The notes under the pieces are model-generated. The model searched no databases and was not told the origin of the DNA. It saw only the letters and a program-made list of their open reading frames with translations. This document shows, one piece after another, positions 13,198 to 26,779 of a DNA stretch of 64,000 bases; position 1 is the stretch's first letter; the number at the start of each line of letters is the position of its first letter. A program made the translations under genes and the position numbers. The DNA lies in assembly GCF_018977255.1 (NCBI RefSeq), contig NW_024704743.1, forward strand, positions 51,090,001-51,154,000. The letters are read 5' to 3'. Source of the stretch: Callorhinchus milii (taxonomy: Eukaryota).

Positions 13198-13703
13198 CTA
13201 GGGGATGGGCACTTTCTGATTTGGAGCACTTAGCAGTGTTAGCCCCAAGAACTCCCAGGTTAGGCACAGGCAAGTAAGATACTGGGTAAAGCTCCCTCTA
13301 CTCTTATAATAATGTGTCACAGCCCCACATCTTAGAACAATACTCATCATGCTGCAATGAAACATTTTCATTTGACACACTAGCTATCTATTGTCTTTTT
13401 GTGAGTGAGATTATGTATTCAGGGCAGTTTTATGCAGCGAGTCCACATAGAAACTGGGTTGAGAAAGCTACAATCTCATTTCGCCTACACTCATACAGCA
13501 AACAGAGAGGGGAATTTGGAGTCTATCATATTGCTAAATATAACAACCTTTTTGTCAAACCTTCAAAGAAAGTCCTATTCTAAAGATACCACACAAAGAT
13601 TTCTATTTTAATGACCAGCACATGATAGACACTTTCATTCTAGCCTGGATTGGAACTCAGGTCCCAGAGGTAAAAGATCGATGTACTAATCCACTGAGCT
13701 ACC
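13198..13703 (-). mobile_element. Ancient tRNA-headed SINE with LF-SINE-like head
   Basis: On the minus strand, A box TAGCTCAGTGG and B-box-like GAGTTCCAATCC. A gtagagggagctttac segment lies further downstream. Confidence 0.5.
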
Positions 13704-16700
13704 CAGACCGCTTACTCCCTTGTGCGTCCTCTTATATTTGGGAGGTTGACACGTTTCAAGCTCTAGGCTGTTTAAATAGCCCAGGATAACGGTTCCTGTT
13801 TGTGGCATCTCCTTTTCCACCTCCTTCCCTTCCCAAGTAGGGCTTGCCATCTGATCACCCAGCTGCAAAACATGCTTGAACAGTCCAGGCAATGCTTGAA
13901 GTGTCCATGGTGGACACAGTGTGTGGGTAGGAATCCATGCCCTGCAAGCAGCATGGCAAAAACATTTTTTTTCAAGCATACAAAAATGACTAACCAACAA
14001 CACACCAGCATTGTGCAAAGAATGCAAACATTTGTTTTAAAAGAAGTTGAATGCTAAAGCATGAGATTATGGTTAAACTATAACATGCTGAACACTGTAG
14101 TTTTGCCACATATTTTTTGACTGAATTTTTTTAAAAACCGTTTGAACTTTTGCTTGATGTGCAATATGTTGATAGATTTATCCGTTTTTTTGTATTCAGC
14201 GGAGAGTTGCTTATTTAAAAACGATAACTGGAGAGATGCCCTGGTGGCTGATTATGTTAAAATAATCCTTTAAGTTTTTGTTCAGTTTGAGTCTGAATTC
14301 TGTATTTAATGCCACAGTTAGGCAGCAGTTATTTTTTGAAGAGAAAGAATAATTGTTATTCTGGACGAATGCACAAAGTTGGTACCAGTACAATCTCAAG
14401 AATGGAAAACGGGTCTGTAGTAACTTAACTTTGAACAGCCTGTCGGATTCCTTGAAAATAAAGCCCATGAAAATCCTTGTCAGAAAGTGGCTTTTGAACA
14501 CAGCCTGTCAAGAGTCCCATCTGCAAGCTCCTGTTCAGTGATCAAACCTTTCCCACCATGTCCTACCATTCTTGTAGGATATAATGACAGCAAATGTTCC
14601 ACTATTAAGATCAATACCCAGGCCATTATGTTAGCAAAAGAAGCAGCAAATCACATTTACTTGGATTGTCAGACTCATTATTATAAGCAGATGGCAGGCT
14701 CTTGCACTACAACGCAGGGAAGAAAAGACTGACATGACTTCAAATTAAAATCTATAATACTAATATACACTTCATTCTTTTAGAAGCAGACGAGCATCCA
14801 TCCCTTGAATGCTCAAAATTGATATACCATGGTCACAATTTGTAAAAGGCAAGTCCTTCCTCCATGTGAATTTTCCAAATCGTATTTTGAAGCATCTCTG
14901 CATTGATCAGTGAAGGTACACAAATAACTGTTTCATTAACACCCAAATGAGAGTATAAAGGTGAGCATATGGCTCACTTCATGATACCCACCACCAAAAG
15001 GGGTTTGTTTGGTAAATGGAAAAACTGTTCAGGTGGCAGCTTGTTAAGAGACAAGTTTTATAAAGAAAACATTCAGTGAACTATAAATGAACAGTAGATC
15101 ACTGGGACAGAGAATTTGATAGGTGACCAGAAAAATCCTCTTGGCTATCTTAAATCAAATATTATGTTGCATTATAAAGATTTTGAAAACGGCTTACTTT
15201 TACGCACTTTTATGCATAAGATTGTAAAAATGCAGCAGACAATTAAAAGGGTAACAATAATGTATCTTAATCCTTTGCTGTGTAGATGTCCAACGCTCCT
15301 TCATTTACTTTATCGTGCCTCTATGGTGGTAACCCCATTATTGGTGCGATAACTGTTTTGCAGTATAAAAAGAAGGAGAACTCTAAGAGAAATAACCGCA
15401 ATGTGAAATGACAGTGACGTAAAAGCATCAGTTGTTGTTCATGTAAATTCCTACCGGAAGTAATAGTCACTCCTTGTACATTCACTGGATTTCTTTGTCA
15501 CCCATACAACAGCAACAACAACAACTTGCATTTATATAGCACTCTTCAAGCAGGGTAACATCTTGGAGCGCTTAACAATGGAGTGGCCTACCAGGGAGAA
15601 AAGGGAGGTGACCATAGGCATGGTCGAAGGGGAAGGTCTTCAGATTCTGTGCAATGCAATACTTAACTGGGACCCAGTCTGAAATACAGACAGTAATGTT
15701 TGTGGCATTTCGTAATCTGTTCCTTCTGTTGTGTTACAAAAGAATCATGTTATGAAACACCACAAACTTTGCCCACTGTTTACTGCTGCAGGATAATATG
15801 TTCCAGGATCATTTCCTATTGTTGTCTGGTAACATAATATGCTTAAACTATGTGCCAAATGATGCATTAACTGTTTAGCAGCAAGCTCACATTTATCCAC
15901 GTTACCTTGAACTATGTCACACCGATTATACTGTGCTCAGTACAGCAAATGCACACAGTATGAAAATTGAATAGAAATGAATGCTTTATAAAATGCAGAT
16001 CATTTATTATAAAAATTAACAATGTGGACTGAATAGTGGAGAAGATTCATCTCTGGGACCTGAAATTAATTTGTCTTTAATCATCTTACTGCGGTTTTGG
16101 GAATGTTACAAGAACAGATTACTTTCACAACAACAGTCACTACATTTTAGAGTAACCCAAGGTCTAAAGCACTTTGAGATGTTCTGACATGATAACAAGA
16201 AATTAAATTTTATGTTCACATTGGGTAGCGTCTCAGGGCATTGGATTCTATCACTATAGATTTCACTATATCCAATACAAGTATAATGATTATAATTTAA
16301 TTGTATCTGACTTCTGTGATATGAAGGTGTGAATTTCTTTCCTTCCTCGGACCTCTGGATAATGTGATTGTATGTAGAATAGTTGTTATGAAGCGTCTTT
16401 TCCATTGGGTTTTGTAGACCCGGAAACATGGAGGCCAGAAAGAGTACCAAAGGCTTCAACCTCAAGGAAGCGTAACATAGAAAAGATAAGTAAATAATCA
16501 TTTCTCCTCAGTTTTTACTTCTCTCCTTCATCACTGCCTGGAGAGAAAACATAATAATGAAGACCAGATTCTGTGGACTCCTACAATGAAGATTCAAGAC
16601 AGCCAATTGAACTGAATGGAAAGTTATGAAGTCCCCAAGATGATCATAACCATGGAGTTTTTGAATCCACGACCACATGAACCTCTTTTAAGAAGAGAAC

Positions 16701-18505
16701 GCTGAAGAGAGGATGGAATTGTAATCCTTTGAGTGGAATGGATTTCAGAGGTTTATTGTTAGCAGCCAGATAATTGAGAAGTGATTTGACAGGTAATTTA
16801 TTTTCACTGCTCGTCTGGTACTGAACATGCAAGATTTCAGGCTTTAATTCTTAGAATTGCAGAACACTTGCCCTTACTTGCCATTGCCTGATGGGAGATC
16901 ACTTGAACAAAACTGTGCTCCATGCTGTCTGCAGGATTACAGACCAAGGTAACCCTGTGTCATGTCACCTGCAGGTTCATGCTGGAGATGCTGCTTATCC
17001 CTCCTTTCTATCAGAAAGTCAAGTGTTAACATGAATGGTGGCACTGACCAGCCTATGCTGCTGACTAAAGTAGGAAGTCCGATGGCAGTCAGCAGCAGTA
17101 GGCGATGCATTGGAGAAAGCTGGTGAGTAGATTGGGTTCTAAAACAACAAATTGTTGAAGGCACACCACAAGGATCAGAATGGAAGGGATACAATCCAAA
17201 TAAAACATCCTACTTCAGGAATGACAACAGTAATAGTTTCAGACAAACTTCAGATCAGAAATTGTGCCAAAGAAGGGAGTGTCCCCTGATGTCCTGATCA
17301 TAATCCCCAAATAAAATGGATTATTCACTTTGTGGCTGTTTGTTGTACGTAAATTGGCTGCTGTACCCATAAAATGCACAGTCACTACACTTTACAGTTT
17401 ATACTGTTAAGTGCCTTGAGACGTCCTCCCGACTTTTCATATGTCACATTTTCCATCCTGTTATCTCTGCAGGACTTCATTACAAGTTTAACAGAACGAT
17501 AGAGAGGAACATGGCAATCATAAAACTTTGATACAGTATCTCTGACGGAGCATTTGGGATTAAAGTGGAAGACTCTTATTGAGTAAAAATGTATTGTGAT
17601 CGGTTGAACAGCTGAAGCAAAGCACAAGTAGGTTTCTTTTTTAGCCGCTATCACAGTTTTAGGATGCACAGAGACAAAAAAAAGCTGTGACAAATTTGGG
17701 AATCAATTACTGCAGATAATTGAAGGATCCTAGCAGCCCTGCAGTGTTTGCTGTGTGGTGAAAGGTACGTGCTTGAGCTCCCCTGGAGTGTGATCTGGTT
17801 TGTTTTGCTGACTAAACGGTTAAAGAGATGTCTACTTACAGCTGTCAAAAGGTGTAGGAAATGGCAGGCAGGCCATTCTGCCTGACCTACTCCTGACCTC
17901 TCCCACTCAACGGTCATCTGTTGGCCCCTGTGTGAAGTGGAACCTGCCAGACAGTGGGTAGTGAAGAAAGACTCAGATTTAGCTGCACAGCGGAGCTCTG
18001 GGGTCAAATTTTGGAAGTGGAATAAAAGAAACTTTAAAACATTCCACAAATATAAAATTGTAAAACTTTGCACACCTATTTTAGGAGGAATTCACCATTC
18101 CTTGTTTCTTTTTCAGAACACATTAATCATAAATAAAAAAGGACCATGTTATGTTCTATCTCCTTCAATAGCCTTGTGAGTAAAAGCATGGCCCACATTA
18201 ACCCATATACTCCAAAAGATCAGAGGGGCTGATTTAGCCGGTCTCAGTCGGGATGGTGGCGGGGGAGCTAGGATCAGCCTCGGTGCCATTGTTTTATGGA
18301 AATAAGGTTGAACCAGAGTTGCTGCTCTGCCCTGCTGGTTGGGGGTTGCACAAGGACATAGATGTTGGGTTTGGGGCAATGAACAGAGTAAAACCCACTT
18401 ATTCTATTCAGCCCACTTTTAATAGAGGACACGAGAACAGAGGAACCAAAGACACTCAGCAACTCATGCTTTGAAAATTCTTTACTTAATATGAAATGCA
18501 AAGTT

Positions 18506-19631
18506 TGTTAGTTCAAATATCACAAATACAACAGACAGGTCAATAGCATAGACAAATGTCCATATCAAAGTAACAGAATCAATAGTTGGTCCATCCATAA
18601 ATCATTTGAATCTTTGCTTCGTTGGTAGAGCCGGTTGGCAAATTCACAAACAGCAAACAAAAGTCTTGCATCAGACGAAAAGTCTTTTGCTTCAGTCCCG
18701 AAACCTCTTGCTTGGCTATATTGATTATGAAGTCAAAGTTGATGATGGATAGCTGAGCTGTACACTTTATTCGACAATTGTTATACATTATAACAAAATA
18801 TAATAATCCTTGCATAGGGCTTTTAACAGCTTCTCAACGTCTCAAAGCGCTTCACAAGAGCTTCACATTAACGTTGTTAACTCTTCTCGATAGTTGTTAT
18901 ACTTTGTTAATTCTTCTCAATAGTTGTTATACGTTGTTATTTCTGTTCGACAGTTGTTATTCTTCTTGTCCTGTTACCTTTCAATCGATTTCAGACGTTC
19001 TGGAATTTCTGCAGTTTCGTTCTTCCCGAAATTTGCTTGAGTTAACGAAAGTTGATGAAACAATGGAATAGTCTAAATCTGACGGATTTTAACCCCAAAG
19101 ACAACACATTTGCTTCACCACTTCATATTGTCACATGAAAAGATGGCTCTTGCGTGGACGGCACCTGATATGCCTTGTCCTAGCCTGAACAAAGTATAGT
19201 TTGGCCATACACCATTTATAATCGATTTTCCAAAGCAGGATAAGAATAAACTATCTTTCCTTTCTCACGCACATGAAGCAATTATCTCACATAAAAAGAA
19301 TAATAAAATACAACCAACAGAATTGTTATTACACCTGCAGATCTGTTGTAAAACACTTTAACACAAACATGAATTTGTTATGGGAAGACATCTACAGCTA
19401 CTTAATTGTTAACACAAACTTAATTAAAGCATGAATTTGTTATGGATGAACATCTTTAACAATCATAAACACGTCATCTTGACATTTTTCTGGTTACATC
19501 ATCATTTTTAACCATTAATCAAAATGGAGTCTAATCATCATAAGCAATTCTAACCATTGATTAAAGTAATTCTTTTGACTACGTGGGTTAACATATATTT
19601 ATAATTTCAGTTATCAAGTGGGATCACAACA
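18506..19631 (-). mobile_element. Probable solo LTR
   Basis: TGTT...AACA termini. Minus-strand TATAAA (near 19215) precedes AATAAA (near 18768). Internal tandem repeats. Left boundary uncertain (18380 is an alternative). Confidence 0.45.
18871..18960. repeat. 30-bp tandem repeat, three copies
   Basis: acgttgttaactcttctcgatagttgttat / actttgttaattcttctcaatagttgttat / acgttgttatttctgttcgacagttgttat. Confidence 0.9.
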
Positions 19632-19683
19632 CAGGGCAAGTACCAGATTGGGCTTGGCTGTCATTCTCTTCTACCCTTCCCCC

Positions 19684-19833
19684 ATAATAATAATAATCCT
19701 TGCATTTGATATAGTGCCTTATCATGTCTTCGAGATGTCCTAAAGCACTTCACAGAATATACTTTAAAGTTAATTGACTGTATTTTGTGGGCAGCACACA
19801 GCAGCATCCCATAAACAGTCGGGGATTGAGTGA
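19684..19833 (-). mobile_element. Deu-SINE 3' half
   Basis: ataataataatccttgcatttgatatagtgcc is the reverse complement of the SINE tail. Confidence 0.8.
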
Positions 19834-21944
19834 CGTTTAGGTGAGGTACTAGAAAGTGATAAGGGACCTTGGAATACCTACCCAGTGGAATTCAAAAAGG
19901 GAGTAAACACATTGAGGAGAGGAGAAGGGAGTGGAAAAAAATTGGTGATAAAAACATGCTATGCACTTAGTTATATATAGCATGGCCTCCGCACATTATT
20001 GTATTATGTTCCTAGAACAATAAAAATTCCAATTGTTGCTTAAGTACTTCTTTTACATACAAATCCTGTATCACTTTTGTTCACTGTAATTAAGATATTT
20101 GTTGGCAATATTAGGGCAATACATTCAGCTCATGTTTATTATCCATTCAATAGATTTTGTCTCCGATAACATGTGAGGTCTGAGTCGAGGGCATGTTGTC
20201 AAATCTTAGCTCTTGCCAACTTATGCCTCATCCCTCGACCACTCTGCTCCACCATCTGTGGCCGTGCTTTCAGCAACTACACCCTGAAACTCTGGAACTC
20301 TCTGCCTCATTCCTTCAGCCTTGCCTTGCTCTCTCCTTGCCCATCTTCATGTCACAGCTGAAGGCTTTCCTCTTTGCCTTTGTTGGAAACACCACTATGA
20401 GACCTAGATTATTCGATTAAATGTTTGCTTAAGGAAATTGATTTTAATGGTCATTTACTGCATACTTCCCTTTAATGATGCTGCAGCTTTTAAAGTGGTA
20501 CTGTCTTTGTGGTTTAAAAACCAACCAATTTACTTTCAGGTAAACCTCTCTTTTTGAAAGCCATGTGTCTGGGTGGTTTTCGAAGAAAGATAAATTTGAC
20601 TCAAAATGTTTATGACCTTCATGATCTTAGGTGACCTGAGGAGCAGAAATCCACAGGAATCACTTCCAGGTGATTGCCCTTCTACTATTCCCATCTGCAC
20701 ATATATCAAATACTAGTGTAAGTAAACTCATTTTGCTGTGTTAAGATATTTGACAAGTTTGTCATGGGTTCTGAAGTCTTGGAAAATGAGTGGTGCTTTC
20801 ATGGAGATCTGCAAAATCAGTCTGTCATAGTTCCCTTTGGGAAATGGCAGTGGAGAAGCCATAATCCTCTCTGTTTGCTACACCTATAAAACAAATGTCA
20901 ATGAAATACTCAAAAAATTAAATAATTGAAATCGTGGTAAGAGAGCCCTCAACTCTATATACATGAGTTTAATTTTAATGTGTTATCTCCCCACTTTCTG
21001 TTTCTTTCACCATGGCACAGATGCCAAGAGAAGTGGGTAGAAACTCTTCCCCTCTGCCCCAGCACAGCCATTAAGAGATGTGTGCCAGCAACCCAGGAAG
21101 ACGCTTCATGCGATGTCTCTGCAGTTCCTTAGGGAGAATGCATAGGTTTCGATTTGGCACACGTGAGAGAGGCAAGCTCAAATTGCACAGAAATTAACTG
21201 CATCCAAGCACTCATTAACACGGTGCAAAGCTGATATAATGCACTGCTTCATCACTTGCCTGAAAAAGATTATTATTGAGTAGTGCAAATCTTCCCACTA
21301 AAACTGTTTTTTAACAGTCAGCCAAGACTATTTTCAGCTTACTTGATTTTCCTTCCCCCATTGATTCTGTACAGAAATCCCCTGTTAGTATTTCTCTGAC
21401 CCATGCTCCCCTAATCACAGAAGGTGCTATCCTTTCAGGGTCAATATTGCTATGGGCCACGATTAGCTGTGTTATTGTTGTACAACATGTCTTCTATTAC
21501 ATTACACTAAAATGAGGGAACTTTTCATTAGTTAGTGCAGTGAAGACAAGATTGATAGATGGTCTCCGAAGGTGACCATCTGCCCTGAACTGTGAAGGTA
21601 CTAAACTGTAGAAACAGTCGTAGTCCCAATAATCCCAGATGAACTTTGTATAGGGGCCTCAAGACAAAGGTTTGCTGCAAGGGGAGAGGAAAATAGACCA
21701 AAGGTAAAAGTTTACTATATGATGGATGAGACTGGGAAGAAGGTCACATAGTGATGAATAGGAGGAGATTGATCAAGGAAAGCAGTGAGCAGGAAGAGTT
21801 GTCTGAAACATAGCATCAACAAAGCCTGTCTCACTTCAAACCTCACTGATAAGCAGTTAACTAATAAGTCAGAACCGCAGTACTATAATAAATGTGAATT
21901 AATTGCAGATTAATACATCTTTTGCAGACACAAACCAAAGATAA

Positions 21945-21957
21945 TTTATTTTTTATT
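21945..21957 (-). promoter_or_regulatory. Candidate polyadenylation signals (two AATAAA) of the minus-strand gene
   Basis: Plus-strand tttatt occurs twice, about 500 nt past the stop codon at 22457. Confidence 0.4.
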
Positions 21958-22456
21958 TCTAGGGAAGGATTTTAGCCTGTACAAAAATGAACATGTTTTT
22001 GTCATTTCTAAAGCACTGCGAATGCTTAAACAGAAAAGAATACCCTATGTGTGTTTGATTTAAAAAAAAGAAAAACAGCATGTTGTCTAGAAAGCAAAAT
22101 CATTTTCGGCTCCGCTAAATACAATTTGTTGATCGGATGAACTTGTTACTTTGTAGATTAAAGAATTTGCATCTTGTAAAGAGATAAAGTGGATCTGCAC
22201 TGCTCTTTTGGTGAGCGTTTCATTACACTGGTATTTCGTGAAAGAAAGGCACAATAAAGTTAAAATAACTAAGGCTGCTATTGCCCTTTCTACATTATGT
22301 TTGGTCACATCATCCATACTTCACCATCAGCTTTCAAATTTCCTACTGAGAACTCTTTTTTGTCTCCACTGGCAAGAGTCCAGGATAGGGTAATGGAAGA
22401 CAGACCTTTGTCAAGGCAGAGGAGATGACAATAAGATCACAGAATTGACCTTTGAT

Positions 22457-22572
22457 CTAGACACGATTCTTCCAGGTTACTGTTGTGGGCTTCTCTTTCT
22501 TCTGCAGCAGCTTGAACTGTAGCCCAGGCCTATTATCTGTGTTTCTTTTGTTCAGGAAGTGGTCACAGCAAT
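22457..22572 (-). CDS. Terminal coding exon, (D)CCDHFLNKRNTDNRPGLQFKLLQKKEKPTTVTWKNRV*
   Basis: Acceptor cattttttttccag-like polypyrimidine tract then ATTGC. Reads 37 codons to TAG, with tandem AATAAA about 500 nt downstream. Confidence 0.7.
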
Positions 22573-24751
22573 CTGGAAAAAAATGCTGATGTTACACAAA
22601 ACAAGTTGGTTGGGAATAGCTAAAACTAGGGCAGGGTTTATCAAGCAGCGCAGAAGAAATAATAGTCTTTTCATCCCACTGACAACTGACTGTGTTTGTG
22701 TGTTCGTAAAATCGATGTGTGGCTATTGTCTGTTGTGCCCCAATAGAAAAACTCTTCCTGAAATATCTGATACACTCACATTAAGCAGTACTTCTTTGTG
22801 AAAACAATGCTCAGCCTAAAGTTTAATGGTTGTCTCCTCATTCTCTGCTCTTGAAGGAAATACCTGCATACTTGTTCTAAACTGTGCAAGAAGAGAAAAA
22901 AAACTTTTATTGTTCCTTTCAATATAACTGCATTCTTTTATTATTTTTCTTTTTCTTGTTTCTGGACTGAGTCATTCAATGCAGTCACGAGAATCTGCTC
23001 ATTCACAAAACATTAAGAGTCACTTTAACTCAAGTCCCTTTGTAGAACTTTAATCTGATAAATGTGAGAATAATCACATTGAAATAGGTTTGTTTGAAAA
23101 TAGTAAATTTCTATGATAAGATGAAATATTTCTCAATGTGAGTTACTGTTTTTATTCATCGCTTTTATTTATCTGAAACAAAGTGCACATGTTTAATTTC
23201 CCTCCACTCAGACACTGTGTATTCCTTGCTATGCCTGAATAATTAACAAGAGATTCAGTAGACTGTGAATGATCTTGTTTTGTGTTCACCCAGCAGATTG
23301 GATGATTTGTCAGACTTTCCGAACATTTAGAATTATTCTTCTCAGATTGAACTAGTTCCAATGTTGTTAATGCAGCTGAATTTGTCACTATTACTGGTAT
23401 TAATTTAAAATAACCTCCAGTAGTTGTCTGGTTGGAGTTCTCATTTGCAATATCATTGGTATCACGGTGATCTGATGCTGTATCTGATGGCACTTTCTTG
23501 TTTATCTTTATCTTTTTACATGGAGGGGCGGAGGCTGTCGACTGCAGTTTAACCGTGCTTGAACCAAAAATGCAAACTGTGGATGCACCTTCCTTGCATG
23601 TTCAGAGGCCCCAAATCGCTCACATTCATAATCGTAAAATATAAGATTGCGCAGAATTTTGGAAAAAGGCTTCAATTCAGACTTAATACACAAGCCATTT
23701 TTCTGAAATTGATGGTATGATTATAGTTTACCAGTCTCAAAAGGTATACCAGAAAAAAGTTTTCTAAATTGAAATTGGATGTAAAAAAAAGGTCCAAAAA
23801 TCTGCAGCACTTTACATTTTATAGTGATACTATGGAAAATTTGGGGGCCTCTGGCATTAAAGGAGTCTTTTGTTTTATAGCTGTACTTTGAATCTGCATA
23901 ATTTTATTTAAAATCAACCTGAAAGGAAATCTCAGTTTCGTTTGTGTAAGTATATGAATAGAGAAGCATGCAAAAGAAAGATGAGCCTGATACATTTCAC
24001 CTTTGCAATGTCAAAAGAAATGTGTTCTTATTAAGTATTCCCATCTTTAAAAGCTGTAGTAATTGTTGTCATCTAAATGTGGTGACATCATCACTGTTTT
24101 ACTAATTGACTTGAGCTCTGATTATTCAGCTCATATTTTAGGTTGGATCCTGCCACAGACCTATCTGGGTTGTATAAATTGTGCAGAAACACTGCTGTGT
24201 TCATTTTTACTCCTTGGCACATGGTGCTGGAGCCATTGCTGAGTTTCTACTTGCATTTACATTTTAGTTACAAGCAGTTCCAGCACACAAGATATCTTGG
24301 AAGGTCAAAAGAAACATTTTAGCCATGTGAACGGCTCATATTATCTATTTGTTCTTGCTCGGTATTCCCATCCTTAAGAGCTGGAGTTCTGGTTGTCATC
24401 AAAATGGAGTAGCAGTACCTATTCTTTAAGTAAATCCACATCTTCCTAAGTGTAGTTTAATGTATTGCTGATACTTACAACTCACAAACTAGGTGCAATC
24501 TCTGAAAAATATTCCAAAGGAAGAAAAGACGGATGCATTTCCTCCATAGACCCTCTTACTTGGATAACAAACTGGAGACAAAACCTTGAGAGGGATGTTC
24601 CCTCACTTATTAAGACCTTTGGAGTATTGTGATTTAGAAGATAGAGCAAGACGGAAACTGTCAATGTTGGGAAATCAGGTTTGATGAAGGGTCATGCGCA
24701 ATTCATAAGCCTACCTTTCAAATGTATACTGTTAGTTGGTTTTATTGAAAT

Positions 24752-24830
24752 AGGAGAGGGAGAGAGAGAGGGAGAAAAGGAGGGAAGAGAGAGAGAGAGA
24801 GAGAGAAAGGGCGGGGAGGGGGGGGGAGGG
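24752..24830. repeat. (GA)n / G-rich polypurine tract
   Basis: Directly visible. Confidence 0.85.
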
Positions 24831-26289
24831 TTAGAATAGATGCATGGAGGGAAAACATGTAATTAAACCTTTGGAATCTTAATCCATTACAAATACACAG
24901 TCACTACACAATAAGATTCTGTGAAGCGCATATAGATGTGTCAATGACTTGATAAGGTAGTATATCGGATGCCAAGATTATTATTTTTATTATCAAATGT
25001 GATTGCAAAAGTAAACTCAGAAAAATACTTTCAGATGCACAGAGACAGTAGAACAAAAGGACACAGAATCACGGTTGCATATTGGTAATTTCAGGTCATA
25101 CCCCAGGTATTTCAACACAGCTGTCTATTGTTACCTTTCTTTACCCAGAAAAAAATAAATGAGTGGAACAGGTTATCAGGAATAGTGGATGAGACTGCTA
25201 TAACCTTTAGAGAAGAAGCTTGATGCTGTGATGAGAGGAAGGAAGGGTGCGTATTCTGAGATGAGATGGGTTTCAGGCCTTCTTCATCCAAACCAATCTT
25301 ATGATCTTGTTATTCCTTTCAGCTTTAACAATACAGCACCTTCCTTTTGTTTTGTTTAACATCTAAAATAAAGCAGTGCTGTACAATGGTGAATGTTACA
25401 AAGTTATAAGAAGACCCACAAAACATTTCATTACTGAATTGGTCTTGTTTTATACTGTGCACTCGTTGACCTGTTCATCGGATAAAATTGTCTGTCATCT
25501 ATTAACATGTGGTCGTGTCACTCGATAAACGGTGCTGGTGATGATAAGCAGACCTCAGAGCTGTATTATGGTATAATAGTAGACCTTTGTGAAGAGTCGT
25601 TTACACCTTGATTTCCATTAAATTTAGCTATTTAGTTCATTGTGGGATTAAATTTGCATCGATTTAAAAAATAAAGTTCTCAGCTTAAACACTTATAGAA
25701 TTCAGGTATCCTTGTGTTTTTGCACCAAATGGGCTAACATTTACAGCGCTTTACAGCATTCCTTGTGTTATTTCAGGAATTTTTGGCTATTACCAGTAGG
25801 TGGAGCTCCTTCTCCAGGTAAATTGAGTTATCCTGTTCCATTTCACTACATTTTCTTTATCACACCTTTCTTCAATGTCATTCACTAGAGGTACTTTTAA
25901 TTATTTTAATTTAATATGCTTTTTGACTTGATCAACCGAAGAGGCAATAAATCTTTGCTGTCCCCGGCCTGGCTTACCAGGGTTAAAAACTACTTACCAA
26001 AAAGCTTAGTTATTTGTTTAATTTATTTTTGCAAAAATGCTTTTGACAAGTCAACTTAAGATAAGTTTTTATCTGATTTTGGGTACACCCTTAAACTATC
26101 AAATGTACCCCCTACTCTCCATTACAAACATAGAGGTGAGAGATTGATCACTGAGGTGTTTTAGTGAGCAAGGGAAGAATTCTATTATTGTATTTACTAT
26201 TGATGTGCATCTGCCTAACATTGCTTCAGAAAATGTTATTGCACCATTTATGCACTAGAAAGTGCATTATACTATCTCCCTGACACAAA

Positions 26290-26497
26290 GAAGATTATGG
26301 AATTTGCTGCCTGAAGCAGTGGTTGAATCAGATAGTATAGATGCATTCAAGAGAAGCTAGACCTTCACATGAGGGAGAGGGGAATAGAAGGGTATGACAG
26401 GGAGTAAAGGAACCGTTTAGGACTCGTATGGAGTATAAGCACCAGCATGGGCTGGTTAGGCTGAGTGGACTGTTTCCGTACTGCACATTCTTTGTAA
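26290..26497 (+). mobile_element. CR1 3' end fragment
   Basis: tggaatttgctgcctgaagcagtggttgaa...gagtggactgtttccgtactg. Confidence 0.8.
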
Positions 26498-26779
26498 GGC
26501 TTTGTAAATAAAGATTGTTTAGCACTCTTGTGAAAATGGGACAAGTAAGGTTTACTTTGTGCCAATGTTAAAAGTACACATGAAATATATTTCAATATCT
26601 TTCAAAACACAAGAACAATAGCTAGGACATCCCATAACTCACCAAAATCCCCTTTTGATATCATTAGAGAATACTGAACCACAAGATCACAAGCTTAGCT
26701 TGGATGAAGAAAACCCTTCGGCCTGTCCGATCGAACCCTTCCAGTTCACCCACCGTACCAATCCCCATCAAATTACAAT

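Noticed and set aside
15900..15935. 25-nt minus-strand microexon (cag|TATAATCGG...CAAG|gtaacg)
   Set aside because: It lies beyond the inferred poly(A) site, has a weak polypyrimidine tract and has no partner exon.
16106..16501. 131-aa minus-strand ORF
   Set aside because: Its 3' part is an antisense SINE tail; no recognisable domain or convincing splice sites.
18871..18960. 30-bp repeats as a CRISPR array
   Set aside because: Head-to-tail units with no spacers, no cas genes and a eukaryotic context.
23625..23650. IFYDYEC as a Polinton/PolB exonuclease motif
   Set aside because: It is a single short motif with no other PolB motifs or TIRs nearby.
24482..24720. Exon-like segment
   Set aside because: No frame or splice-site pair gave a coherent exon on either strand.
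25450..25610. Minus frame with two in-frame TGA codons (selenoprotein or NUMT idea)
   Set aside because: No similarity to known selenoproteins or mitochondrial genes, and no SECIS identified.
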